Origin: Candidatus Saccharimonadota bacterium
GTDB taxonomy: Bacteria; Patescibacteriota; Saccharimonadia; Saccharimonadales; Saccharimonadaceae
Direction: 5' to 3'
Length of the DNA stretch: 32,000 nt
NCBI GenBank assembly: GCA_039920285.1
Contig: JBDSDX010000001.1
Location: forward strand, 360,001 to 392,000
Shown here: positions 16,056 through 25,010 of the stretch, piece by piece
How the letters are laid out: each line of letters starts with the position of its first letter
Numbering within the stretch: the stretch's first letter is position 1
Program-made: the position numbers and the translations under genes
Notes under the pieces: model-generated
What the model was told of the DNA's origin: nothing
Databases searched by the model: none
Seen by the model: the letters and a program-made list of their open reading frames with translations, nothing else

Positions 16056-17104
16056 TGACTAAAGTTTACGTCGGTATGAGTGGTGGTGTTGACTCGTCGC
16101 TCACCGCCGCACTATTGAAAGAACAGGGCTACGATGTCACTGGAGTGTACATGAAAAACTGGACACAGGATCTTCCCGGTATGCGTTGTCCCTGGGCTGA
16201 CGATTTAGCAGATGCAAAACGGGTGGCTGTTCAACTTGGCATTGATTTTAAAGTGTTCGATTTTGAGAAAGAGTACAAACAAAAAGTTGTCGATTATATG
16301 ATTAATGAATATAAGCTGGGACGTACTCCGAACCCAGATATCATGTGCAACCAAGAAGTGAAATTTAAATTATTTCTTGAGACTGCACTCGATGATGGTG
16401 CCGATCTGATCGCGACAGGACACTACGCGAGAGTCAAAGATGGTGTCTTGAAACAAGCAGTCGATACCAATAAAGACCAGACATACTTTTTGTATCGTGT
16501 AACGGGTGAAGCACTTAAGAATACACTGTTCCCGCTCGGCGAATTCACCAAGCCAGAGGTACGAAAAATGGCAGAAGAACGTGGGCTTTACACGGCAGCT
16601 AAGAAAGATAGTCAAGGTATCTGTTTCGTCGGTCAAATTGGCATTCGTGAATTTCTTTCACAATACGTTGAAGAAAAAGCTGGTTCGATTATCGATAAGC
16701 AAACAGGTAAGATACTTGGTCAACACGACGGTGCCATTTTCTATACCGTTGGACAGCGCCATGGACTCGAAGTCGGTGGTGGTTTACCGTATTACGTCGT
16801 CGGGAAAGATATGGATAAAAATGATGTCTATGTCACAACCGATCTCAACGATGAAAATCTTTGGAAGCCAGAACTTGGCCTCGTTGGTGTTCACTGGATC
16901 AACGGGGCACCAGAAAACGGGACGTATCAGATTCGCGTTCGTCACCGTGCAACACTGACCGATGCAGAATTAATCCTCGATGGTGAGACTGCTCGTCTCA
17001 TTTTGAAGCACCCTGAACGCGCTGTTGCCGCAGGTCAATCGGTCGTTATTTACAGTGGTGAGGACTGTCTGGGCGGTGGTATCGTGAGCCCATTAAGCGT
17101 ATAA
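16052..17104 (+). CDS. mnmA: tRNA-specific 2-thiouridylase
   Basis: 350 aa. Contains the PP-loop VGMSGGVDSS, plus ATGHYAR and QGICFVG. The start overlaps the DUF218 stop (ATGATGA). Confidence 0.92.
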   Translation: MMTKVYVGMSGGVDSSLTAALLKEQGYDVTGVYMKNWTQDLPGMRCPWADDLADAKRVAVQLGIDFKVFDFEKEYKQKVVDYMINEYKLGRTPNPDIMCNQEVKFKLFLETALDDGADLIATGHYARVKDGVLKQAVDTNKDQTYFLYRVTGEALKNTLFPLGEFTKPEVRKMAEERGLYTAAKKDSQGICFVGQIGIREFLSQYVEEKAGSIIDKQTGKILGQHDGAIFYTVGQRHGLEVGGGLPYYVVGKDMDKNDVYVTTDLNDENLWKPELGLVGVHWINGAPENGTYQIRVRHRATLTDAELILDGETARLILKHPERAVAAGQSVVIYSGEDCLGGGIVSPLSV

Positions 17105-17138
17105 TAGAGGAGTACTAATCTTAACAAAGGAGGGGTCT

Positions 17139-17396
17139 ATGGGATTCTTTGATGATACAAAGGACAAAGCCGCAGACGTAGCCAACGATGTAAAAGATAA
17201 CGCTGAACAGGTAGCAAACACGGTCCAGGAGACGACAAGCAATGTCGTTGATGCGACTAAGGATGTTGCCGGCGATGTCGCTCATACAGTCGCTGAAAAA
17301 GCAGAAGACGCTAAAGAAGCCTTCGACGAAAAGAAGGATGATGTAACTGAAGCTGTTGGCGAAAAAGTCGACGAAGTCAAAGAACGTTTTAGCTAA
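17139..17396 (+). CDS. Small acidic repeat protein (YtxH/CsbD/LEA-like stress-protein character)
   Basis: 85 aa with a strong AAGGAGG 5 nt upstream. Has repetitive DVA.DVK..AE.VA periodicity and is followed by a good terminator. Confidence 0.7.
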   Translation: MGFFDDTKDKAADVANDVKDNAEQVANTVQETTSNVVDATKDVAGDVAHTVAEKAEDAKEAFDEKKDDVTEAVGEKVDEVKERFS

Positions 17397-17415
17397 TCTA
17401 AAGAGTTAACAAACC

Positions 17416-17446
17416 AACCGCTCCGTAAGGGGCGGTTATTTGTTTT
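17416..17446 (+). terminator. Intrinsic terminator
   Basis: aaccgctcc-gtaa-ggggcggtt hairpin followed by atttgtttt. Confidence 0.7.
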
Positions 17447-17458
17447 AAGTCATATATC

Positions 17459-17467
17459 TGATAGAAT
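17459..17467 (+). promoter_or_regulatory. Extended -10 box TGaTAGAAT 7 nt upstream of the alaS ATG
   Basis: TG at 17459-17460, TAGAAT at 17462-17467, ATG at 17475. Confidence 0.45.
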
Positions 17468-17474
17468 AACAGAG

Positions 17475-19430
17475 ATGAATGCTCGAGAAATCCGTAACTC
17501 GTACTTAGAGTTCTTTAAAGAACGTGGCCACGCGATTATTCCTCGCGCTAAACTGGTGCCATATAACGATCCAACGACGCTTTTTATTGGGAGTGGTATG
17601 CAACCTCTACTGCCGTATCTCTTGGGAGAATCACACCAAGATGGTGTTCGCTTGGTTGATAGCCAAACTTCTCTTCGGGCGCAAGATATTGAAGACGTTG
17701 GTGACAACCGTCATACAACTTTTTTTGAAATGCTCGGCAACTGGAGCCTGGGTGATTATTTTAAAGAACAGCAGATTCGTTGGTTCTTTGAATTTTTGAC
17801 AGATGTCGTTGGACTTGATCCTCACAAAATCTACGTGACCGCATTTATTGGTGACCCAACACTTAATATTCCGCGCGATGACGAAGCAGCAAATATCTGG
17901 CAAAAAGTATTTGAAGAAAAAGGTATTGAAGCTAAGATTGTTGAAATCGGAAGTCAAGAAGACGGCAACAAGCGTGGTATCAAGCCCGGTGAACGTATCT
18001 TCTTTTACGACGGCGATGAGAACTGGTGGAGCCGAGGCGGTGGCATTGAAAAGACACCAATTGGTGACCCGTGTGGCCCTGATAGCGAAGTATTTTACGA
18101 CTTTGGTCCTCAAAACCACGCCGAAGGGTATGGCCTCGCGCACCCTGCGAGCGACAGTGGTCAATTCATGGAAATTGGCAATCAGGTCTTTATGCAATAT
18201 CGTCGAAACGAAGACGGGAGTTTCTCCCCTCTCGAAAAACAAAATGTCGATTTTGGTGGTGGGCTTGAACGCATTGCTGCAGCACAAATTGACAGTCCTG
18301 ATGTGTTTAGAATTAGTCTTCTTTGGCCAATTATTGAAAAACTCCAAAAATTAAGCGGCAAAGACTATGAGTCACACACTGCGAGTATGCGTGTGATTGC
18401 CGATCACCTTCGTGCAGCCACTTTCCTTGCTGTCGATGACGTTAGACCCTCTAACAAAGAACAGGGTTACGTTATGCGTCGATTACTTCGTCGTGCGATT
18501 ATAAAAGCGTTTGATTTAGGTATTGAGCAAAATTTCTTAGAAGAGATAGTACCAATAATTGCAGATTTATATACAGATGATTATCCAGAAGTTAAGTCAA
18601 AACGTGACGAAATCATCGCTGTATTAGTTAAAGAAGAAAAAGCTTTTCGTCAAACATTGCGGAAAGGTTTAGCTGAGTTTGAAAAAACTATGAAGTGGGG
18701 AATTGTCGATAATTCAGTAATTTATGACACTGCACGTAAAAGTGAAGCGAAAATTGAAAACATCATTACTGGTGATCAAATATTTTTACTCTATGCGACG
18801 TATGGATTTCCTACGGAGTTGATTTATGAGGAAGCATTTAAACGAGAAATTAAAGTACCAGATCAATCAAAGTCGCGATTTTCTGAGTTATTGGAAGAAG
18901 ATAGAGAGCGATCTAGGACTGCCACGAAAGGCGTCTTTAAAGGTGGTCTTGGTGGTCAAACTGAGATTCACAAGCAGTACCACACGGCAACTCACTTGAT
19001 GTATGCTGCACTTCGACAGGTCCTTGGTGATCATGTTGTTCAACACGGCAGTAATATTACTGAAGAACGACTTCGTTTCGACTTTTCTCATCCAGAAAAG
19101 GTTACCCCTGAACAGATTAAGGAAGTCGAATCTATAGTTAATGCTGAAATTAATAAAGATCTCAAAGTCAGTTACGCTGAATATTCGACAAAAATCGCTC
19201 GAGAAGAAATGGGCGCTTTAGGTCAATTCGGTGATCGCTACGGCGAAACAGTCAAAGTCTATACAATGATTGCTGATAACGCTGAAAAACCATTTAGTTT
19301 CGAGATCTGTGGTGGCCCTCATGTTGAGCACACGCTCGAGCTTATTCAACCAGGTGATAAAGTTTTCAAGATATTAAAAGAAGAATCTTCAAGCGCGGGA
19401 ATTCGCCGAATTAAAGCCGTTCTTCTCTAA
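17475..19430 (+). CDS. alaS: Alanine--tRNA ligase, short form ending after the editing domain (no C-Ala domain)
   Basis: 651 aa. Starts MNAREIRNSYLEFFKERGH. Editing-domain motifs HTATHLM and CGGPHV are present. The protein ends ...SAGIRRIKAVLL. Confidence 0.92.
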   Translation: MNAREIRNSYLEFFKERGHAIIPRAKLVPYNDPTTLFIGSGMQPLLPYLLGESHQDGVRLVDSQTSLRAQDIEDVGDNRHTTFFEMLGNWSLGDYFKEQQIRWFFEFLTDVVGLDPHKIYVTAFIGDPTLNIPRDDEAANIWQKVFEEKGIEAKIVEIGSQEDGNKRGIKPGERIFFYDGDENWWSRGGGIEKTPIGDPCGPDSEVFYDFGPQNHAEGYGLAHPASDSGQFMEIGNQVFMQYRRNEDGSFSPLEKQNVDFGGGLERIAAAQIDSPDVFRISLLWPIIEKLQKLSGKDYESHTASMRVIADHLRAATFLAVDDVRPSNKEQGYVMRRLLRRAIIKAFDLGIEQNFLEEIVPIIADLYTDDYPEVKSKRDEIIAVLVKEEKAFRQTLRKGLAEFEKTMKWGIVDNSVIYDTARKSEAKIENIITGDQIFLLYATYGFPTELIYEEAFKREIKVPDQSKSRFSELLEEDRERSRTATKGVFKGGLGGQTEIHKQYHTATHLMYAALRQVLGDHVVQHGSNITEERLRFDFSHPEKVTPEQIKEVESIVNAEINKDLKVSYAEYSTKIAREEMGALGQFGDRYGETVKVYTMIADNAEKPFSFEICGGPHVEHTLELIQPGDKVFKILKEESSSAGIRRIKAVLL

Positions 19431-19436
19431 GAACGG
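19417..19436. terminator. Perfect 8-bp hairpin spanning both convergent stop codons
   Basis: ccgttctt-ctct-aagaacgg. The alaS TAA (19428-19430) and the minus-strand TAG (19427-19429) lie inside it. U-tracts are weak. Confidence 0.35.
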
Positions 19437-20374
19437 ACTGATTTAATTGATCGTTCAGCAAACTGAACGATATCAATGAACCGACCGTAGGACTCAAGTG
19501 TGAGAGGTAGGACTTCAGAATGAATCTCACGCGTCACCGTATCAGCGAGTTGGTTATGCAAAGAGTTATTCGTTTTTAAGACGGTCCGAGACATCATAGG
19601 TGTCGCGCTGTCGTAGCCAGCTGATTCAGATTGAGCACTGGTGTAGAAATGGAGAGTATCACGATCATCTTCGTCATCACTCGGAAGTGATGCTTCAATA
19701 ATCTCAGTCACTGCTTGAGTACGGAGATGGATATCGTCGGTATCAGATGGTTTTTCGTCGTAGACTTCAGTGTTTGAAATTCGAACCGAGGACATAACAC
19801 CTGGGAGCATATGAGGAATACCGGTCTCGGGGTCAACGAGACTAAAATTAGGGTCAATATCGCGAATGAAATCGACGTGCTCAGCAAGTTGCCAGCCACG
19901 AGTCTTTTCAAGTAGTTCAGCCCGCCAAAGCTTATAGCTAGCAGCATCAATCGTTCCTGGTTGGTTTATGCCCAACATGCCCATTAAATCAGCGTTCTTG
20001 TAGGGCTCAATCGGGAGGAAGTTCCGCTCGATAGGTAAGTGAGTCTCAAGACTTGGGATATAGCCGAGCGAGTCAGTTCGTTGGATAACCGCAGCAACTG
20101 CCTTGTTATCGACGCCGATTGCGAGTCGATCAACGACAAATTCTTCCGAATTAGGGTTAAAAGAGAGATCAACATTAACACCTGATTTTCGATCAAGGGA
20201 TTGTGAGAACTGCTGTTCAAGTGTGCGGATGACAAACTGAGAAATACGAGCCCCTTTGAGAGACAGCTTGTAATTTAAACCGGGAAGCATTTCATCGGAA
20301 ACACCACCGATTCTTCGGACAATTTCGCTTTCTCGGCGGCTCATAAGACGTTCAGCTAAATTTGCATCAATCAT
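19427..20374 (-). CDS. Hypothetical protein (the only large minus-strand gene in the window)
   Basis: 315 aa with host-like composition, no transmembrane segment and no family recognised. A TGtTATAAT box lies 7 nt upstream of its ATG. Confidence 0.7.
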   Translation of the reverse strand: MIDANLAERLMSRRESEIVRRIGGVSDEMLPGLNYKLSLKGARISQFVIRTLEQQFSQSLDRKSGVNVDLSFNPNSEEFVVDRLAIGVDNKAVAAVIQRTDSLGYIPSLETHLPIERNFLPIEPYKNADLMGMLGINQPGTIDAASYKLWRAELLEKTRGWQLAEHVDFIRDIDPNFSLVDPETGIPHMLPGVMSSVRISNTEVYDEKPSDTDDIHLRTQAVTEIIEASLPSDDEDDRDTLHFYTSAQSESAGYDSATPMMSRTVLKTNNSLHNQLADTVTREIHSEVLPLTLESYGRFIDIVQFAERSIKSVRS

Positions 20375-20381
20375 TAAATAT

Positions 20382-20390
20382 ATTATAACA
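20382..20390 (-). promoter_or_regulatory. Extended -10 box TGtTATAAT (minus strand) 7 nt upstream of the ATG at 20374
   Basis: The reverse complement of 20382-20390 reads tgttataat. Confidence 0.45.
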
Positions 20391-20438
20391 TACTAATATT
20401 CAAAATACAACCCTTTAGGACCATAAGCACCTTTGTTA

Positions 20439-20444
20439 TATAAT
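20439..20444 (+). promoter_or_regulatory. -10 box TATAAT for ftsA
   Basis: TATAAT at 20439-20444 overlaps the first ATG (20443). The second in-frame ATG at 20455 is 10 nt downstream and may be the true start. Confidence 0.4.
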
Positions 20445-21720
20445 GGTTCTAACTATGGTATTAGAAAAACTACGCAAGTCACGTAAAAAAGCCGCTGGTG
20501 AAGACTATATAGTCGCACTCGACATCGGAACCGAATTCGTTAAAGCACTCATCGCCAAGCAAAAAGGCGATGAGTTAGAGATTGTTGGGGTTGGGCGCGC
20601 ACGTCAAGAAGTCAGCGACATGCATTCTGGTGCAATTGCTGACATTGCAGGCGTCGTTCGTAATTGCGAAGAGGCCTTGGCTGATGCTGAAGAACAGGCG
20701 GGATTGCAGGCGAAACAAGTGGTGATTGGTATTGCTGGCGAACTAGTAAAAGGTGTCACTGACACTATTCGCTACCGACGACCGCAACCAGATCGACCGC
20801 TTGACTCCTCTGAGATGGAATTTATTATTGAAAAAGTTCAAGAACGCGCTCAAATCAAAGCTCAACGACAGATCGCTCTTGAGAGCGGCAATGAAGACGT
20901 TGAGGTAAAATTGGTAAACAGTGCGCTGGTGAGTATTCACATTGATGGCTACAAAGTCAGTAACCCTATTGGTTTTCAGGGCCGTGACGTTGCTGTCCAA
21001 ATCTACACCGCATTTGCGCCAATGGTTCACATTGGTGCATTGGAACGTGTTGCAGAGGAGCTTTCATTGGAACTACTCGCAGTTGCGGCAGAGCCATTTG
21101 CGGTGAGCCGAAGCGTCGTTGGAAGTGACGCAAGCAATAACTTTACTGCTATTTTGGCTGACGTTGGTGGTGGTACAACTGATATCGCAGTCGTCAACGA
21201 CGGGGGTGTTGAAGGCACGAAGATGTTCGGCATTGGCGGACGAAGCTTCACACAGACGATCGCTAGCGAAATGAATTTATCGTACAAAGATGCTGAAAAA
21301 CTCAAGGTAAATATCGATCATTCACAGATCAAACCGAGCGTTGCAAAAGAAGTGAACGAGGCGATCGACAAGACACTTGAAGTCTGGATAGCTGGAGTTG
21401 AACTTGCCCTGAGCGAATTTGATTCTGTCGATCATCTTCCGAACCGTATTCTCCTTTGTGGGGGTGGTGCGAGCCTTGAAAAGCTTGTTCACGCACTTGA
21501 AGGTTCCGAGTGGCACAAAGATCTGCCGTTCACCAAGAAGCCAACGGTTCATCACATTCATCCCTCAGAAGTTATTGGTATTGTTGATACGACGCACGAT
21601 ATCACAGACCATACATTCATAACCGCAATGGGCCTTCTTAGGGTCGGCTATGATACACTATTAGGGAGTGGAGAAGGGGATTCGATCAAAGAAAAACTTA
21701 ATCGCCTTCTGAGAATTTAA
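20443..21720 (+). CDS. ftsA: Cell division protein FtsA (actin-like ATPase)
   Basis: 425 aa. Contains ALDIGTEFVK and ADVGGGTTDIAVV, plus a C-terminal amphipathic tail KEKLNRLLRI. The start could be 20443 or 20455. Confidence 0.85.
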   Translation: MVLTMVLEKLRKSRKKAAGEDYIVALDIGTEFVKALIAKQKGDELEIVGVGRARQEVSDMHSGAIADIAGVVRNCEEALADAEEQAGLQAKQVVIGIAGELVKGVTDTIRYRRPQPDRPLDSSEMEFIIEKVQERAQIKAQRQIALESGNEDVEVKLVNSALVSIHIDGYKVSNPIGFQGRDVAVQIYTAFAPMVHIGALERVAEELSLELLAVAAEPFAVSRSVVGSDASNNFTAILADVGGGTTDIAVVNDGGVEGTKMFGIGGRSFTQTIASEMNLSYKDAEKLKVNIDHSQIKPSVAKEVNEAIDKTLEVWIAGVELALSEFDSVDHLPNRILLCGGGASLEKLVHALEGSEWHKDLPFTKKPTVHHIHPSEVIGIVDTTHDITDHTFITAMGLLRVGYDTLLGSGEGDSIKEKLNRLLRI

Positions 21721-21721
21721 C

Positions 21722-23413
21722 ATGCAAAAAGACGTAATTTACATCGATGTCGACGACGACGTAACCGCCATTATTGGTAAGATAAAAAAATCTAAGGAAA
21801 AAGTCGTCGCTATTGTCCCGCCAAAACGAGCCGGTGCGCTTCAGAGTGCGGTTAATTTGCGTTTGCTTGATCGAATGGCAAAAACCAACAAGAAGAATCT
21901 TGTTTTAGTCACCAATAACCCAGCTTTAGTGGCACTCGCTGCTAACGCTTCGATACCAGTGGCTAAAAACTTACAGAGTAAACCAGAGATTGCTGAAGTC
22001 CCTGCACTTGTTGTTGATGACGGAGACGATATTATTGATGGTTCCGATCTTCCTGTTGGTGATCACGCCAAAACCGTTAAAGTAAGTGACAATACTCGCG
22101 CTGAACGAACTGAAGGACGAAGTGATGTCATTGATGGGATGGATATTGATGGTGAAGAAATCGCAACATCAGCCGGTGCTGTCGGTTCGGGGTCGGTTAT
22201 TTCCAAGAAAGTTGCCGCCGCACGTTCAAAGGTAAAAATTCCTAACTTTGATAAATTTCGTAAAAGATTATTCTTTGCTATTACTGGTGGCGTGGCGCTC
22301 ATTGCACTGCTTATTTGGATGTTCGGCTTTGCACCTGCAGCAACAGTGATTATTACGGCAAAAACTGCACCCGCTCCTGTAAGCTCAACTATAAAACTTG
22401 GCGGTACTGCAGCAACAGACTTCAAGACTGGTATTGTGAAATCCGTTGCACAGCAAGAAAAGAAAGATATTTCGATTGATTTTGATGCAACAGGAACAGG
22501 AAAAGTGGGCGACAAATCCTCAGGAACTGTTAATTTCCGAAATTATGAAACGGCCAGTTCTGTGACGGTCCCTGCAGGAACGACTATTTCTGCGAACGGA
22601 CGTAATTATGTTACTCAGGCTGCTGCAACCGCACCTGCTCCTGGATTTATGACTGAGGGCGTTTCCGGCTCTGTTGCAATACAGGCAGCTGACGTTGGAG
22701 ATGAGTATAATGCTCCCTCTGGCACAGTCTTCTCTGTTGCTGGGCATGGTGCGACATCTGGTGCAACCTATTTCAAGGCAGTTGCGACAGCTGCTATTGA
22801 CGGTGGCTCAAGTAGAGAAGTGAAGATCGTCTCAGCCGATGATATTGACCGCGCCAAGGGTCAGCTTATCGGTCAATCAACCGATGCTGAAAAAAATATT
22901 CTTGCTAAGAAATTCGTTAATGGTGAAAAAATTATTGATAGCAGCTTTACAGTTGACCGAGCCGAGGCTGTATCAGCGCCAGCTGTTAATGCAGAAGTTC
23001 CTGCAACTGGTAAGGCCAAACTGACGATCTCAACGACTTTTACTCTATACGCGGTACCAAAAGCTGATCTCGACACGTACTTGAATGCCAGTATGAAATC
23101 ACAACTCGATAGTCAGACAAACCAGAAAGTCTACAATACTGGTATCGATAAAGCTACTATTAGCAACTTCAAAAAAGAGGGTGAAGTGATCACCGCGACA
23201 GTGAATGCTACAGGTCAGATTGGTCCTCAAATCGATGAAGCTGCTATTAAAGATAAGGTAAAGGGAAAGATTTACGGAGAGGTCCAGTCATCACTTCAAG
23301 CGCTTAATGGAATCCAAGAAGTCGATGTTCAGTTCTCGTACTTCTGGGTCCAGTCTGTCCCCAATGACCCCAATAAGATTCAGATCGAATTCAAACTTCA
23401 GAATGAAAACTAG
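21722..23413 (+). CDS. Hypothetical bitopic membrane protein, start 1 nt after the ftsA stop
   Basis: 563 aa. Has a cytoplasmic N-terminal domain of about 100 aa, an acidic linker, one transmembrane segment (LFFAITGGVALIALLIWMFGF) and a large Ala/Thr/Gly-rich external domain. No family recognised. Confidence 0.75.
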   Translation: MQKDVIYIDVDDDVTAIIGKIKKSKEKVVAIVPPKRAGALQSAVNLRLLDRMAKTNKKNLVLVTNNPALVALAANASIPVAKNLQSKPEIAEVPALVVDDGDDIIDGSDLPVGDHAKTVKVSDNTRAERTEGRSDVIDGMDIDGEEIATSAGAVGSGSVISKKVAAARSKVKIPNFDKFRKRLFFAITGGVALIALLIWMFGFAPAATVIITAKTAPAPVSSTIKLGGTAATDFKTGIVKSVAQQEKKDISIDFDATGTGKVGDKSSGTVNFRNYETASSVTVPAGTTISANGRNYVTQAAATAPAPGFMTEGVSGSVAIQAADVGDEYNAPSGTVFSVAGHGATSGATYFKAVATAAIDGGSSREVKIVSADDIDRAKGQLIGQSTDAEKNILAKKFVNGEKIIDSSFTVDRAEAVSAPAVNAEVPATGKAKLTISTTFTLYAVPKADLDTYLNASMKSQLDSQTNQKVYNTGIDKATISNFKKEGEVITATVNATGQIGPQIDEAAIKDKVKGKIYGEVQSSLQALNGIQEVDVQFSYFWVQSVPNDPNKIQIEFKLQNEN

Positions 23414-23810
23414 GTCAATTGTCTGCCTCGATGTTGGCGAAAAACGAATTGGGGTTGCTGTTGCTGATACCGGTGTACGCATAGCGATTGCTTTTGATAC
23501 TGTGCTTGTTGATGGGACGGAAATTGAAACCATTGCAAAGATTATCGACCAAGAAGGAGCGGATACGTTAGTTATTGGCTACCCTCGAAATCAACTCGGT
23601 GAATCAACCGCTCAAACAAGTTTTGTTGAACTGTTTGCTCAGAAACTCGAAGATTTTGTTCCGACAATGGTGTTTCAGGATGAGTCGCTCACCAGTGTCC
23701 TTGCCGAAGAACAACTTAAGGCTCATAAGAAACCATATACCAAGGGCGATATCGATGCACAGGCAGCAGCGATTATATTGCAAGATTATCTCGAGAGTAA
23801 CAATGGATAA
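23403..23810 (+). CDS. ruvX: Holliday junction resolvase-like / pre-16S rRNA nuclease YqgF
   Basis: Contains CLDVGEKRIGVAV and LVIGYPRN. I placed the start at the ATG at 23403, overlapping the upstream gene end, rather than the ORF-track start at 23307. Confidence 0.88.
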   Translation: MKTRSIVCLDVGEKRIGVAVADTGVRIAIAFDTVLVDGTEIETIAKIIDQEGADTLVIGYPRNQLGESTAQTSFVELFAQKLEDFVPTMVFQDESLTSVLAEEQLKAHKKPYTKGDIDAQAAAIILQDYLESNNG

Positions 23811-24927
23811 AAGGGAACCAACTCCGCCACCAACCCTGATTCCAGCCCCAGTTATGCCACAACCGATCGAAGCATCAAAGTCTGGTCTGACAATCAAACC
23901 CAAATGGTCAAAAAAGAAGAAAACGGTCGTTTTCTCGATTATTGCTGTTGTCGCCGCAGTTATGGTGCTTTTTCTGAGCGCATGTATCTGGTACCGTGTG
24001 CAGTTATCACCAGTTGGTACCAGCAAAAATGAATTGATTAAGGTGACTATTGAGCCCGCAACCTCACCAAAAGCGATCGGACAGCTGCTCGAGGATAAAC
24101 ACATCATTCGTAGCCAGGACGCATTTAATGTCTATACGCGGCTCTCTGGTACCCAGAACGTGCTTCAAGCGGGTACATATCGGTTATCTCCGGGTGAATC
24201 AACTCCTGAGATTGTTGATCACTTAAAAAATGGTAATGTTGATACCTTCAATATTACTTTTCTTCCCGGCGCAACACTTGCAGAGAATCGTAAAGTGCTT
24301 ATAGATGCGGGATATTCAGAGACAGAGGTGGACGCCGGCCTCAAAGCAACATACTCCTCCTCACTATTCGATGGGCGACCAGTGAATGCCGACCTTGAAG
24401 GATATATATATGGTGATACTTATAAGTTTGGCAGTGGTGCGACCGTCGGCGAAATCTTGAATTATACTTTTGAGACCTACAATGGCGTGATTGAAAAAAA
24501 TAACCTCGTTGCCCAGTTCAAGAGCCGCAACCTAACGTTGTACCAAGGTATTACACTTGCCTCTGTCATTCAACGTGAATCAATCGGAGGAGACGAGTCA
24601 AAGATCGCTGAAGTGTTCTACAATCGCCTCGCACAAGGTATGGTTCTGGGCTCAGATGTTACCTACCAGTACATTGCTGATAAAACTGGTGTTGCCCGTG
24701 ATCCTAACCTTGATTCACCGTACAATACCCGTCGTTTTCCTGGATTACCTCCCGGACCAATCGCTACGCCAGGCATCGCGGCACTCAAAGCAGTCGCAAA
24801 TCCTGCGGTAGGCGACTATGTGTTCTTCCTGAGCGGTGATGATGACGTCACCTATTTCGCAAAAACGAATGCTGAACACGAGCAAAACATCACTGACCAC
24901 TGTAAAGTGAAATGTAGCACTCTTTAG
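23803..24927 (+). CDS. mltG: Endolytic murein transglycosylase, YceG/MltG family
   Basis: N-terminal transmembrane anchor, then LASVIQRES, YNRL, PYNTR..GLPPGPI and GDYVFF. Start placed at the ATG at 23803. Confidence 0.88.
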   Translation: MDKREPTPPPTLIPAPVMPQPIEASKSGLTIKPKWSKKKKTVVFSIIAVVAAVMVLFLSACIWYRVQLSPVGTSKNELIKVTIEPATSPKAIGQLLEDKHIIRSQDAFNVYTRLSGTQNVLQAGTYRLSPGESTPEIVDHLKNGNVDTFNITFLPGATLAENRKVLIDAGYSETEVDAGLKATYSSSLFDGRPVNADLEGYIYGDTYKFGSGATVGEILNYTFETYNGVIEKNNLVAQFKSRNLTLYQGITLASVIQRESIGGDESKIAEVFYNRLAQGMVLGSDVTYQYIADKTGVARDPNLDSPYNTRRFPGLPPGPIATPGIAALKAVANPAVGDYVFFLSGDDDVTYFAKTNAEHEQNITDHCKVKCSTL

Positions 24928-24995
24928 TACCTCTGTTAGCCTGTGTACAAAATTGTTAAAAACATAGACAAAATGGGCTCCAAAGGTCGATTTTA

Positions 24996-25004
24996 TGCTA
25001 TACT
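24996..25004 (+). promoter_or_regulatory. Extended -10 box TGcTATACT driving the long LysM/CHAP leader
   Basis: TG at 24996-24997 and TATACT at 24999-25004. Confidence 0.4.
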
Positions 25005-25010
25005 CGTAAG

